From positions 83,641-147,640 of the forward strand of contig JASEEY010000001.1 in assembly GCA_030018435.1 (NCBI GenBank): DNA of 64,000 nt. Direction: 5' to 3'. Positions 47,529-57,363 of this stretch are shown here, in pieces. Under the pieces are notes generated by a model that saw nothing but the letters and a program-made list of their open reading frames with translations, made no database searches and was not told the DNA's origin. The stretch comes from Methanocellales archaeon (GTDB taxonomy: Archaea > Halobacteriota > UBA148 > JAUWXC01). The first letter of the stretch is position 1, and every line of letters starts with the position of its first letter. The translations under genes were made by a program, and so were the position numbers.

Positions 47529-48800
47529 TCAGCGACCCATCAAGTCTTTTGCTCTTTCTTCTGCTCTGGCCATTATCTCCGCCTCATCGAACATCTTGAC
47601 CTCGTAGTCCTCCATCAATATTTTTCCATCGACGATGGTTGTAGACACATCGCTGCCTTTAGCGCAGTAGACCAAGTGCGAAATCAAATCATGCTTTGGC
47701 GTTAAATGGGGCTTGTTTATATCCACGATGATGACATCGGCTTTTCTACCCTCTGCGATGATGCCCGTATCGAGTCCCATAGAGATGGCACCGTCAACCG
47801 TTGCCATCTCCAGTGCTTTTTGCGCTGGTATTGCAGTAGGCTCGAGTTTGTGAACCTTATGGAGCAGTGCCACCATCTTCATTTCATGAAACATGTCGAG
47901 GGTATTATTCGATGCGCATCCATCTGTCCCCAATCCTACGGTAATCCCTGCATTGTGGAGCTCAGGAACCGGCGCAACCCCGGACGCGAGTTTCATATTG
48001 CTGGTCGGATTGTGCGCCACCTTGACATCGTTCTCCTTCAGAATGCGGATATCCTCTGGCGAGAGCCAGACGCAGTGCGCAGCCAGAACATCGGGTCCCA
48101 GGAAACCCAGGACATCCAGCAATTTAACCGGACTCATGTCGTACTGCACCTCTATCTGATCCACTTCTGCCTTTGTCTCAGATACATGGATGTGAATTCC
48201 CACATCACCTTTGTCGGCCTGTTTCCTTACGCGCACCAAGAATTCTGAAGAGCATGTGTTAGGCGCATGCGGACCATACATAGCAGTTATCCTGCCATTA
48301 GAAGCGCCGTTCCACTTCTTGACGAACTCCTTGCCGATCTTGAGTTCCTTCTCACCTTTTTCTTCATCCCCCAGTTCGATCATGCCATAGGATAGTACGC
48401 CTCTAAGCCCAGACGCCTCTACTGCCTTGGCAGTTCCATCCATTCTGATGTACATGTCTGCAAAGGCAGCTGTGCCTGATTTGATCATTTCAAGGCAACC
48501 TAGCAACGTTCCAACATGTACGTCATCCTCTGTCAGCTTGGCCTCGATCGGCCATATGTGTTCATTGAGCCACTCTTTCAGCGGAAGATCATCCGCATAG
48601 CCCCTGAACAATGTCATGCCAAGATGTGTGTGCGCATTGATCAATCCGGGCATCACGATATTGCCATTCGCATCTATTACGTGCTCTGCAGCATCTTTTC
48701 CACCAATGTTCGTGATAATTTCGTCTTCGATTAATAGCGACTTTTCAACAAAACCCTTCGGCGTTAGGATGCGTCCATTCTTGATCAGTATGTCTGCCAT
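47529..48800 (-). CDS. mtaD: 5-methylthioadenosine/S-adenosylhomocysteine deaminase (amidohydrolase superfamily, MtaD/DadD)
   Basis: Amidohydrolase metal-binding motifs (GLINAHTHL, HVSET, …GTDGC); 423 aa. Confidence 0.8.
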   Translation of the reverse strand: MADILIKNGRILTPKGFVEKSLLIEDEIITNIGGKDAAEHVIDANGNIVMPGLINAHTHLGMTLFRGYADDLPLKEWLNEHIWPIEAKLTEDDVHVGTLLGCLEMIKSGTAAFADMYIRMDGTAKAVEASGLRGVLSYGMIELGDEEKGEKELKIGKEFVKKWNGASNGRITAMYGPHAPNTCSSEFLVRVRKQADKGDVGIHIHVSETKAEVDQIEVQYDMSPVKLLDVLGFLGPDVLAAHCVWLSPEDIRILKENDVKVAHNPTSNMKLASGVAPVPELHNAGITVGLGTDGCASNNTLDMFHEMKMVALLHKVHKLEPTAIPAQKALEMATVDGAISMGLDTGIIAEGRKADVIIVDINKPHLTPKHDLISHLVYCAKGSDVSTTIVDGKILMEDYEVKMFDEAEIMARAEERAKDLMGR

Positions 48801-48882
48801 GCGAACCCTACTTAGCTATAGTGTAGGATTATATAAAGATAACAAAACTTCATATGTGATTAAAGGTTACATTGAGGATAAT

Positions 48883-49737
48883 ATGAAAATCGCACTGCCC
48901 AATAAAGGACGGCTGTATGAGCCATGCATCCAGCTATTCGAACGGGCTGGATTGCGTGCCATCGATGCAGGCATGAGAAGGTTATTTGCGAAGACGCCCG
49001 ACTCAGAGGTGGACATACTGTTTGCGAGGGCGCAGGACATTCCTGAATATGTGCAGGACGGCGCTGCAGACATGGGCGTGACTGGTTATGATTTGATAAT
49101 GGAAACGCGTGCCAACGTGGAGGTGCTGCTCGACCTCAAATTTGGGGTAGCGGAGCTGGTGCTGGCTGTGCCAAGTGCCTCCAAAATAAAAGCGGCGGGC
49201 GATTTAAGAGGCAAGAGAGTTGCAACCGAATTCCCCAATCTTGCCAGTCAATTTTTCAAGGAGAAAGGGATCGATGTCAAGATTGTGGAAGTATCCGGCG
49301 CTGCCGAGATGACACCTTATGTCGGCATTGCGGAGGCCATTGTCGATTTAACGAGTTCCGGCACGACCTTAGCGGTCAATCGACTAACGATAGTTGAGCG
49401 CATACTGTCGACTTCAGCCAGACTGATTGCCAACAAGGAGAGTATGAAGCAAAATAGGAAGAAAATAGAGGAGATTCGAACGGCTCTGGAAAGCGTGATT
49501 CAGGCGGAAGGTAAACGATATATCATGATGAACCTGCCAAAAGAAGCGCTCAAAAAAGTGAAGGAGGTAATGCCTGGACTGGCAGGACCGACCGTGATGG
49601 ATGTAGTGGCGAGTACACCGACAGTGGCAGTGCATGCGGTCGTCGATGAGGAGGACGTATTCACCATCATAAATGAGCTTAAGAGGGTTGGCGCAAAGGA
49701 CATTCTAGTTGTGCCAATAGAGAGGATGGTGCGGTGA
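48883..49737 (+). CDS. hisG: ATP phosphoribosyltransferase
   Basis: MKIALPNKGRL… and the C-terminal regulatory domain of long-form HisG. The track ORF (48616) includes a spurious N-terminal extension. Confidence 0.85.
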   Translation: MKIALPNKGRLYEPCIQLFERAGLRAIDAGMRRLFAKTPDSEVDILFARAQDIPEYVQDGAADMGVTGYDLIMETRANVEVLLDLKFGVAELVLAVPSASKIKAAGDLRGKRVATEFPNLASQFFKEKGIDVKIVEVSGAAEMTPYVGIAEAIVDLTSSGTTLAVNRLTIVERILSTSARLIANKESMKQNRKKIEEIRTALESVIQAEGKRYIMMNLPKEALKKVKEVMPGLAGPTVMDVVASTPTVAVHAVVDEEDVFTIINELKRVGAKDILVVPIERMVR

Positions 49738-50456
49738 GTTTCGAGGTGATCCCCGCTGTTGACATAAAGGGTGGCAAATGCGTGCAACTCGTTCAGGGCG
49801 TGCCCGGTACGGAGACGGTTTCCTTGGAGGATCCAGTGGGGGTGGCGATGCGCTGGGCTGAAGAGGGTGCCAAACGTCTGCACCTGGTGGATTTGGATGG
49901 CGCATTTGAAGGGACGCGAAAAAATGCACATCTGATCGAACAAATCGTGGAAACATGTCCTTTGGCGATACAGGTTGGAGGGGGCATACGCTCCTATGAG
50001 GAGGCGGTAGCCCTTCTTAATCTGGGCGTTGACAGAATCATCATGGGAACTGCAGCAGTGAGAGACGCGATGCTTGTCAAAAGATTGGTAGATGAGCATG
50101 GAAGCAAACGCATCATGACCGCTCTGGATGTAAAAGGTGGGCATGTCATGATCGAGGGTTGGAAAAGAAGTGCTGGCAAGGATCCAGTGGAGTTAGGTGT
50201 AAAACTGGAAAAATTGGGCGCTGGCTTCATACTCTTCACCAATGTGAACGTCGAGGGATTGTTGCGCGGAATAGACCCAGAGCCAATCAGGGCGCTAGTT
50301 CAGGCGGTGCACATCCCTGTGATCGCATCTGGTGGTGTCACATCCCTGGACGATTTGATTGCCATCAGAGATGCTGGTGCGGCTGGTGCGGTCGTAGGAA
50401 CGGCACTATATAAAGGCAATTTTACGCTGAGAGAAGCGATGAAGGTGGTGGGATGA
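49734..50456 (+). CDS. hisA: 1-(5-phosphoribosyl)-5-[(5-phosphoribosylamino)methylideneamino]imidazole-4-carboxamide isomerase
   Basis: IPAVDIKGGKCVQL, VGGGIRS and ASGGV motifs of the HisA/HisF fold, with length and context fitting HisA. GTG start. Confidence 0.85.
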   Translation: MSFEVIPAVDIKGGKCVQLVQGVPGTETVSLEDPVGVAMRWAEEGAKRLHLVDLDGAFEGTRKNAHLIEQIVETCPLAIQVGGGIRSYEEAVALLNLGVDRIIMGTAAVRDAMLVKRLVDEHGSKRIMTALDVKGGHVMIEGWKRSAGKDPVELGVKLEKLGAGFILFTNVNVEGLLRGIDPEPIRALVQAVHIPVIASGGVTSLDDLIAIRDAGAAGAVVGTALYKGNFTLREAMKVVG

Positions 50457-51028
50457 GAACTGCTGAGGTGGAAAGAAGGACAAAGGAAACCGGCATCAAA
50501 ATCTCTTTGAACGTAGATGGAAAAGGGGATTACGACATAAACACGGGCATAAAATTCTTTGACCATCTACTTTCAAGTTTTGCCAAGCACGGATTGTTTG
50601 ATTTGAACATAAAAGCGTCTGGAGACAATGAGCACCACATAGTGGAAGACGTTGCTCTTTCGCTTGGAAAGGCTTTTAAGGATGCTCTGGGGGATAAAGC
50701 GGGCATAAGGCGGTTTGGATTTGCCATGACTCCCATGGATGACGCGCTCGTATTGGTTTCAGTTGACATCAGCGGCAGAAGTCATTGCGCTCTGGACATG
50801 GATTTCAAGAGAAAGAACATTGAAGGTCTGAGCGTTGAGATGATCCCTCACTTCATTGAAACGTTTGTTTCCGAGTTCAAGATAAATCTCCATGCAAAAC
50901 TGCTGGATGGAAAGAACGACCATCATAAGAGCGAGGCGTTATTCAAGGCGCTGGCGATAGCCTTGGATAATGCCACCCAGATAGACCCACGAAGAAAAGG
51001 TGTGCCCAGTATAAAAGGGATGTTGTGA
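50453..51028 (+). CDS. hisB: Imidazoleglycerol-phosphate dehydratase
   Basis: IGPD motifs (DxHHxxE: DNEHHIVEDV; HAKLLDGKNDHH). Confidence 0.85.
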   Translation: MRTAEVERRTKETGIKISLNVDGKGDYDINTGIKFFDHLLSSFAKHGLFDLNIKASGDNEHHIVEDVALSLGKAFKDALGDKAGIRRFGFAMTPMDDALVLVSVDISGRSHCALDMDFKRKNIEGLSVEMIPHFIETFVSEFKINLHAKLLDGKNDHHKSEALFKALAIALDNATQIDPRRKGVPSIKGML

Positions 51029-51052
51029 GGTCCAGGATTTTCCAAAAGGGTT

Positions 51053-51418
51053 TCACATCTGCGATTTCACTATCTCTTTTGTCCCTCTAATGGCCTCTTT
51101 TGCATCCTCTATCGCAAGCTCTGCATCCTTCATGGTTATCGCAAGGGGATCGTCGTAGGTATCTCTATGGATTCTCCTTAGGTCATTATAAATACCCAGA
51201 AGTACTGTCTCAGATGGATAATAGCGTAGTAGTAATTCACCAATTCGCTTATGGTCAAAAATCTTTTGTATTCCTTTCTCTTCTGGCAGGGCTTGGATGC
51301 ATTCTGATACTGCAAGCCAGCATTGGGAGATCATACCGGCAGGCCATCCTCCATGCTGGCGAAGTCTAATGGCATCGTCTAAGTACGCATCGGCCGCTCT
51401 GATATATCTATTCTCCAT
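51053..51418 (-). CDS. HEPN domain protein
   Basis: 121 aa, alpha-helical with an Rx4-6H-like region. Overlaps and is downstream of the MNT gene. Confidence 0.55.
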   Translation of the reverse strand: MENRYIRAADAYLDDAIRLRQHGGWPAGMISQCWLAVSECIQALPEEKGIQKIFDHKRIGELLLRYYPSETVLLGIYNDLRRIHRDTYDDPLAITMKDAELAIEDAKEAIRGTKEIVKSQM

Positions 51419-51947
51419 ACAATATCTTCCCCTTCAGCAGAAACCTCCTAGAACGGTCAACATCCTTCTTGGGAATCACCTCTAGGTGGATATCTCTGTT
51501 TATCATTTTCTCAAGTTCAGACAAAATATTGATAATTTTCTTGTAAGTAGCATATTTTGATAATTTCGATATAACAGAAATGTCTATATCGCTGTTTGGC
51601 CTGGCCGTTCCTTTGTAAGTACTTCCAAACCAGATGATCTTTTCGATATACTCCTTGGGCAATCTTTCTGCAATGAACCTCGCTGTTATTTCCTCCTCCT
51701 TCTTCATAGTAGAGGTGATGAGAGCAGCTGCTGGGTGCTTCCTGTTTATCCTTATCCTCCAGTTTTTCATACTTTTATCAATTGAAACAACACCAAGTTT
51801 TTCTAATTCAAGCAACCCTTCATAAATCACTTTTTTAGACATGCCACATAGCTCAGCTAACCTTGAAAGTGACTCGACATCATTTTCAGCTAAAGATTTG
51901 AGTATTCTAATCCTAGATTTATTGCCTAAGACATTTTCTAATATCAT
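51408..51947 (-). CDS. wHTH plus minimal nucleotidyltransferase (MNT) domain protein
   Basis: N-terminal wHTH (…ILKSLAENDVESLSRLAELCGMS…) and an NTase motif GSTYKGTARPNSDIDIS. Confidence 0.6.
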   Translation of the reverse strand: MILENVLGNKSRIRILKSLAENDVESLSRLAELCGMSKKVIYEGLLELEKLGVVSIDKSMKNWRIRINRKHPAAALITSTMKKEEEITARFIAERLPKEYIEKIIWFGSTYKGTARPNSDIDISVISKLSKYATYKKIINILSELEKMINRDIHLEVIPKKDVDRSRRFLLKGKILYGE

Positions 51948-52032
51948 CGTTTACTTTAGTAAACAAAATAGTATAAATAAGTTTTGAAACAAAGTTATAT
52001 GTCAAACCGCACCTACTAAGAAGTGAGTTCCA

Positions 52033-53700
52033 ATGAACAAAAAAGTTCTCGTAACGACTGCATGGCCCTATGCCAACGGACCTTTACATTTAGGACATTT
52101 GGCCGGCTCTTATCTACCGGCAGACATCTTTGCCAGATATAACAGGATGATCGGAAACGAGACGCTGATGGTGTCGGGAACGGATGAACATGGAACGCCA
52201 ATATCGGTGCAGGCGGATAAGGAGGGATGCGCACCCAAAGAAATTGTCGACAAATATCACAAGGTCATCAAGCGCTCATTGGAAGACATTGGCTGCTCCT
52301 ATGATTTGTTCACACGGACTACGACGGATAACCACCGCAAAACGGTACAGGAGTTCTTTCTGACGTTATTCGAGAACGGCTACATCTATGAAAAAGATAT
52401 GGAGTTATACTACTGCCCTAAGTGCAGGAGATTTTTGCCAGACAGGTATGTAGAAGGCACATGTCCAAAATGTGGCGCTGAAGAGGCAAGAGGTGATCAG
52501 TGCGATGCATGCGGCAGGACGCTTGAATCTACAGAGCTTATAAACCCGCGCTGTAAACATTGCGGGTCTGCTCCAGAAATACGAGAGAGAACACATTACT
52601 TCTTTAAACTCTCCGCGTTTCAAGATAGACTCATAAAATGGATAGAATCAAAGAGGGATGTGTGGCGTCCTAACGTATATCAATTCACCATCAACTGGCT
52701 AAAAGAGGGGTTGCGAGATCGGCCTATAACACGTGACCTAGAGTGGGGCATCCCTATGCCGATTAAGGGGGCCGAAGACAAGGTTATATATGTGTGGTTC
52801 GAAGCGGTCATCGGTTATCTCTCTGCGACGAAGGAATATTTCATCAACAAAGGCTGTCCAGATGGATGGATTGATTGGTGGAAAACTCCTGATACCGAGA
52901 CATACTACTTCATCGGAAAGGACAACATTCCTTTTCATACGATCATATGGCCAGCGATGTTGTTAGCTCATGGTGGACTAAATCTCCCGACAAATGTGCC
53001 CGCAAACGAATTCTTAAACCTTGAAGGGGAAAAGTTCTCTACCAGCAAGGGCTATGCAGTCTGGCTTGATGAATATCTAGAACATTTTGCTCCAGACCCG
53101 CTGCGATATTGTTTGTCGATCAACATGCCAGAGTCCAAGGATGCAGACTTCTCTTGGGATGAGTTTCAACGAAGAAATAATGAAGAGCTCGTGTCGACAT
53201 TGGGCAACTTCGTGCACAGGGTGCTGACGTTTATCGACCGCTTCTATGATGGCATCATACCAAGACCAAGTACTCTGGACCCAAGGGATAAATCCGTACT
53301 AAGGGACATCAGCAAAACGGTGGACGTCGTTGGAAAGCACATCCAAAACTGTGAGTTCAAGAAGGCCATGGCAAGTGTGATGAGTTTGGCATCGCTTGGC
53401 AACCAGTACTTCAACGAGAAGGAGCCCTGGAAAACTGATAAAAAAGCTGGTGCGAGCACGCTTTACGTGAGTGCATGCGTCGTGAGGTCTTTATCCATCC
53501 TGATGGTACCATTCCTGCCTTTTTCAGCGCAAAAACTTTGGAACATGCTGGGCTACGGCGACTCTGTTCACGAACAGCAGTGGAGCTCTGCAAAAGAACC
53601 TGTTACATCGCAACCCATAAAAGATGTAGCGCCGCTGTTCAAAATGCTTGGAGACGAAGATATCGCAGAACAAAAAGCCAAGTTAGAAGCCATAAAATGA
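52033..53700 (+). CDS. metG: Methionyl-tRNA synthetase
   Basis: HLGHL (HIGH motif), KFSTSKG (KMSKS motif) and a Zn knuckle (CPKC…CDAC); 555 aa. A T-rich stretch follows the stop. Confidence 0.9.
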   Translation: MNKKVLVTTAWPYANGPLHLGHLAGSYLPADIFARYNRMIGNETLMVSGTDEHGTPISVQADKEGCAPKEIVDKYHKVIKRSLEDIGCSYDLFTRTTTDNHRKTVQEFFLTLFENGYIYEKDMELYYCPKCRRFLPDRYVEGTCPKCGAEEARGDQCDACGRTLESTELINPRCKHCGSAPEIRERTHYFFKLSAFQDRLIKWIESKRDVWRPNVYQFTINWLKEGLRDRPITRDLEWGIPMPIKGAEDKVIYVWFEAVIGYLSATKEYFINKGCPDGWIDWWKTPDTETYYFIGKDNIPFHTIIWPAMLLAHGGLNLPTNVPANEFLNLEGEKFSTSKGYAVWLDEYLEHFAPDPLRYCLSINMPESKDADFSWDEFQRRNNEELVSTLGNFVHRVLTFIDRFYDGIIPRPSTLDPRDKSVLRDISKTVDVVGKHIQNCEFKKAMASVMSLASLGNQYFNEKEPWKTDKKAGASTLYVSACVVRSLSILMVPFLPFSAQKLWNMLGYGDSVHEQQWSSAKEPVTSQPIKDVAPLFKMLGDEDIAEQKAKLEAIK

Positions 53701-54015
53701 AGTGGCAAGACTCGGCCCTGGGAGTACTCATCGAGTAGATACGAGATCTGTCGGTTTTCGTCCTTTGGGTCTTTTTCCTGCGTGTTTCGCCTCAACGCCT
53801 TACTGCCAAAGTGTTTAGTTGTGCCCTCCCTTGGTTGTTAACCCAAGTTTCTGCACGACAGCTGCCATCCGTAGATGACAGGTTAGCTTTCTTCGCAGGC
53901 TTCATCTCGCCAATCATCCATAGTCTTATCCCATTAAAAAAATTTTGGTAAAGATTCTGGTATAGAATCTGATAACAAAAGAATTAGATATGTTTTATTA
54001 CACACTCAATACAAG

Positions 54016-54558
54016 ATGTTGATTATGTTGGTGTCCATAGAGTTCGGTGACAGCTATCCAGATATCGCCAAGTTTGATATCTCCAAGGCCGACCAAGTGG
54101 TATCCTCGATAGAGATGGGCACAGATGACATCACCATGACCTGTACCCAAGGCAAAATCGCGATATGGTTTGGGAAAAAGACACCAGAGAATTTGATCAA
54201 GCACATTTTAACTGGAATCTCCAACGTCGACTCTTCTGTGACGCATGAAATGGAGGTCATCTGCGATTTTAACGATATTGAGAAATACGAAGGCAAAGAA
54301 TACATCCTGGTCTCATATGCAAAGACCAGGGGGGGATATAGGGCGATATTTAACATACCGTTCTCAAAAAGAGAGGCATTAGACCATCTTGCTGACGCCA
54401 TCTTGGAGCAGCTTCAGCAGAGGCCCGTTCATAAGGATTTATTCTGGAATAGCGGTGCCGCAAAGATCATGCTGCTCTTCGACGAGTTAAGCGATATAGA
54501 TGGTTGGCGAATCAAAAAGGTCGATTTCAGAAAAGACATAATGGCATCTGACGAGTGA
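54016..54558 (+). CDS. Hypothetical protein
   Basis: 180 aa, no recognisable motif. An AT-rich promoter-like region lies upstream. Confidence 0.4.
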   Translation: MLIMLVSIEFGDSYPDIAKFDISKADQVVSSIEMGTDDITMTCTQGKIAIWFGKKTPENLIKHILTGISNVDSSVTHEMEVICDFNDIEKYEGKEYILVSYAKTRGGYRAIFNIPFSKREALDHLADAILEQLQQRPVHKDLFWNSGAAKIMLLFDELSDIDGWRIKKVDFRKDIMASDE

Positions 54559-55349
54559 TGGGTTTGATCAGGATAGGCATAGCGGGGATTCCATTGGCAA
54601 AGAAGGGAAAAGGAGTGGAAGCTGGAATCCAGTACTTATCTGACGTTGGACTGGATGCAATGGAAGTTCAGTTTGTCAGGGGCATTTTTATGGATAGCGT
54701 TTCTGCGAAGAAGGCCGGTCAGCTGGCGAAGAAGGTGGGAATCGAGTTATCGGTGCATGCTCCCTACTACATAAATCTCGCATCCAAGAAAAAAGAAACG
54801 ATCGAAAAGAGCAAGAGATTTATCATTAATTCGGCAAAAATAGCAAGTGAGATGGGCGCAACCATCGTCGTATTCCATGCTGCTTATTACTTGAACGATA
54901 CATTTGCATTGGTTAGAGATGCCTGTGCAGAGATACGGAATGAGGTAAGCGACGACGTCTATCTTGGTATTGAGACGACAGGCAGACAAAACCAGTTTGG
55001 CACCCTTGATGAGATTGCAAGAATCATAACTGAGGTGGACAGAGTTGTTCCTGTGCTTGATTTTGCCCACATCCATGCCAGAGGTAACGGCTCATTGAGG
55101 CGGAAGGGAGACTTTGGTGCTATATTTGACAATTTTGGTCAAGCGAGGTTCCATATCCATTTCACCGGGGTGGAGTATTCAAAAGGCAATGAGAAAAAAC
55201 ACGCACCGTTAAACGACGAACCAAACTTTAGGCATCTGGCCGAGGTATTGGTCGATAGAGGATATGATGCCACGGTAATCTGTGAATCACCTTTATTAGA
55301 GAGAGATGCATTAAAGATGAAGGAGATCGTTACCGATGTCCGAGGATGA
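54555..55349 (+). CDS. nfo: Endonuclease IV (AP endonuclease family 2)
   Basis: HAPYYINLAS, IETTG and DFAHIHARG motifs in a TIM barrel. Confidence 0.7.
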   Translation: MMGLIRIGIAGIPLAKKGKGVEAGIQYLSDVGLDAMEVQFVRGIFMDSVSAKKAGQLAKKVGIELSVHAPYYINLASKKKETIEKSKRFIINSAKIASEMGATIVVFHAAYYLNDTFALVRDACAEIRNEVSDDVYLGIETTGRQNQFGTLDEIARIITEVDRVVPVLDFAHIHARGNGSLRRKGDFGAIFDNFGQARFHIHFTGVEYSKGNEKKHAPLNDEPNFRHLAEVLVDRGYDATVICESPLLERDALKMKEIVTDVRG

Positions 55350-55944
55350 GAGCAAGGCGACGAGAAGCGTCAGATTGGCGATGAAGATGATAGGGACGCA
55401 TATCATCAAGACAGCAGAAACCGTCCAGGATGCCAAGGTAGATGAGATGATCGACCAGATTCTTCATGCTAAAAAGATCTTTGTGATGGGCGCCGGCAGA
55501 TCTGGTCTGGTTGGCAGGGCGTTTGCCATGCGATTGATGCATCTCGACCTGCCGGTATTTGTGGTCGGTGAGACTGTAACACCGGCTATAGAGGACGGTG
55601 ACGTTCTGATCACGATCTCTGGATCTGGAGAGACAAAATCCGTTGTTGAGCTTGCCATGGTTGGTAAGCAGTGCGGAGCCAAATTGATTTCGATTGTATC
55701 GAACCCAAGCTCTTCGCTGGCTAAAGTGTCCGATATAGTGGTCGAAGTGAAGGGACGGAGCAAAGCAGAGAAGATCGATTATTTGGAGCGCCAGGTGAGA
55801 GGTGAGCATTATACCCTGGCACCTTTAGGAACGCTCTTTGAAACCACGAGCTTGGTATTTCTGGACGGAGTGATCTCAGAGCTGATGAAGGTTACCAAAA
55901 GGGATGAGACATATCTCAGATTGCGGCACACCAGTTTGGAGTGA
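55336..55944 (+). CDS. SIS-domain sugar-phosphate isomerase (6-phospho-3-hexuloisomerase-like)
   Basis: SIS motifs (VMGAGRSGLVGRAFAMRL, ISGSGET); about 200 aa. Confidence 0.55.
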   Translation: MSEDESKATRSVRLAMKMIGTHIIKTAETVQDAKVDEMIDQILHAKKIFVMGAGRSGLVGRAFAMRLMHLDLPVFVVGETVTPAIEDGDVLITISGSGETKSVVELAMVGKQCGAKLISIVSNPSSSLAKVSDIVVEVKGRSKAEKIDYLERQVRGEHYTLAPLGTLFETTSLVFLDGVISELMKVTKRDETYLRLRHTSLE

Positions 55945-57002
55945 GTACTATGAAAGAAATGAGAAATTTGCTGGAAAAGTTGTCAAATGCCCATGGGATC
56001 TCAGGATATGAGGGTGACATTAGCGCGCTGGTTAGGGATGAATTGAAATCGTACGTCGATGAGGTGAGGGTAGATTCGCTCGGGAATCTCATCGCCGCGA
56101 AAAAGGGATCGCGCCCCTCAGTCATGCTCGCTGCCCATATGGATGAGATTGGTCTAATGGTCAAGTGTGTTGAAGACTCTGGTTTTATCAGGTTTGCCAA
56201 GGTTGGCGGATGGTTTGACCAGACGTTGCTTAATCAGAGGGTAATTCTGCATGCGGAGAAGGGACCTTTGATTGGCGTCATCGGGTCCAAGCCGCCACAC
56301 AGAATGGAAGAAGAAGAGAGGAAGAAGGTGGTAAAAGCAGATGACATGTTTATCGATGTTGGCGCCTCCAGTAAAAAAGATGCCGAGAAACTGGGTATCA
56401 TCCCAGGAGTGCCAATAACCATCGATAGGGAGTTCCGCCCTTTGGCAAATGATTTAGTTACAGGCAAGGCATTCGACAACAGGGCAGGATTGGTCATGAT
56501 GATAGGGGCACTAAAGCGGACGAAGACGAAGTCAACGATATATGCTGTTGGTACCGTTCAAGAAGAGGTTGGGCTAAAAGGTGCAAAGACGTCTGCATTC
56601 GAGCTGAGCCCGGATGTGGCGCTGGCAGCGGAAATTACGATCGCTGGCAATCACCCGGGCATCGAGAAGAAGGATTCTGCCATCGAGATCGGCAAGGGGC
56701 CTTCGCTAACGGTGATGGATGCTGCCGGACGAGGCATCATCACACCAGCGCCCGTTTTGAGATGGTTGGAAGAGACGGCAAAGAGGCACGAGATTCCTTA
56801 CCAATTAGACGTTTCCGAAGGAGGCACGACGGACGCGACCGCGATTCAGCTTACGAAGGCAGGTATCCCCTCTGGAACGGTGAGCCTGCCGATGAGGTAT
56901 GCACACTCTCCGGTCGAGGTGCTCAGTCTGAAGGACCTGGACAGGTGTGCAGAACTGATAGCGCGTGCACTTGAGACCGTGGGCGGGTACTTTACGCGTT
57001 AG
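55941..57002 (+). CDS. M42 family aminopeptidase (TET/FrvX-like)
   Basis: Metal-binding pattern of M42 peptidases (HMDEIG, …QEEVGLKGA…); 353 aa. The stop codon lies inside the TACGCGTTAGCTTAAAC motif. Confidence 0.8.
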   Translation: MSTMKEMRNLLEKLSNAHGISGYEGDISALVRDELKSYVDEVRVDSLGNLIAAKKGSRPSVMLAAHMDEIGLMVKCVEDSGFIRFAKVGGWFDQTLLNQRVILHAEKGPLIGVIGSKPPHRMEEEERKKVVKADDMFIDVGASSKKDAEKLGIIPGVPITIDREFRPLANDLVTGKAFDNRAGLVMMIGALKRTKTKSTIYAVGTVQEEVGLKGAKTSAFELSPDVALAAEITIAGNHPGIEKKDSAIEIGKGPSLTVMDAAGRGIITPAPVLRWLEETAKRHEIPYQLDVSEGGTTDATAIQLTKAGIPSGTVSLPMRYAHSPVEVLSLKDLDRCAELIARALETVGGYFTR

Positions 57003-57075
57003 CTTAAACGGAGTGCAAGGCTTAAAGATAAATGTTATAAACGAACAGCGTGGAATGAGGTAAGGAGGTGGCAAC

Positions 57076-57336
57076 TTGGCTAAAATTTCAGTCGTAAAGA
57101 GGGACGGGCGCTTAGAGGACTTCCAATTGAAGAAAATCATAAATGGATGTGTGCGTGCTGGTGCCCCTAAAGAGGTTGCCGAGAAGATCGCTGGCGAAAT
57201 CCAACAGAAGGCATACGATAGAATTCCCGCATCTGAAATAGGAAGGATGGTAGTGGACAAACTCAGGGCGAGGAGTCCAGCGGCGGCAAAAGCCTTTGAA
57301 AAGTACACGAAAGCGAAACACAAGAAAGCGAGATAA
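57076..57336 (+). CDS. ATP-cone domain protein
   Basis: VVKRDGRLEDFQLKKI ATP-cone signature; 86 aa. TTG start with GGAGG 5 nt upstream. Confidence 0.55.
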   Translation: MAKISVVKRDGRLEDFQLKKIINGCVRAGAPKEVAEKIAGEIQQKAYDRIPASEIGRMVVDKLRARSPAAAKAFEKYTKAKHKKAR

Positions 57337-57363
57337 TCTTTTAACCTTTAAGAGGAACACATC

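Noticed and set aside
53701-54015. A 315-bp non-coding gap after metG with a hairpin (cccTTGGttgttaaCCCAAG); considered as a possible ncRNA (SRP or RNase P RNA, or a tRNA).
   Set aside because: No tRNA cloverleaf and no conserved SRP or RNase P motifs could be recognised by eye. The T-rich stretch right after metG and the AT-rich promoter-like sequence before 54016 suffice to explain it. It is left as plain intergenic DNA, and a covariance-model scan would settle the matter.
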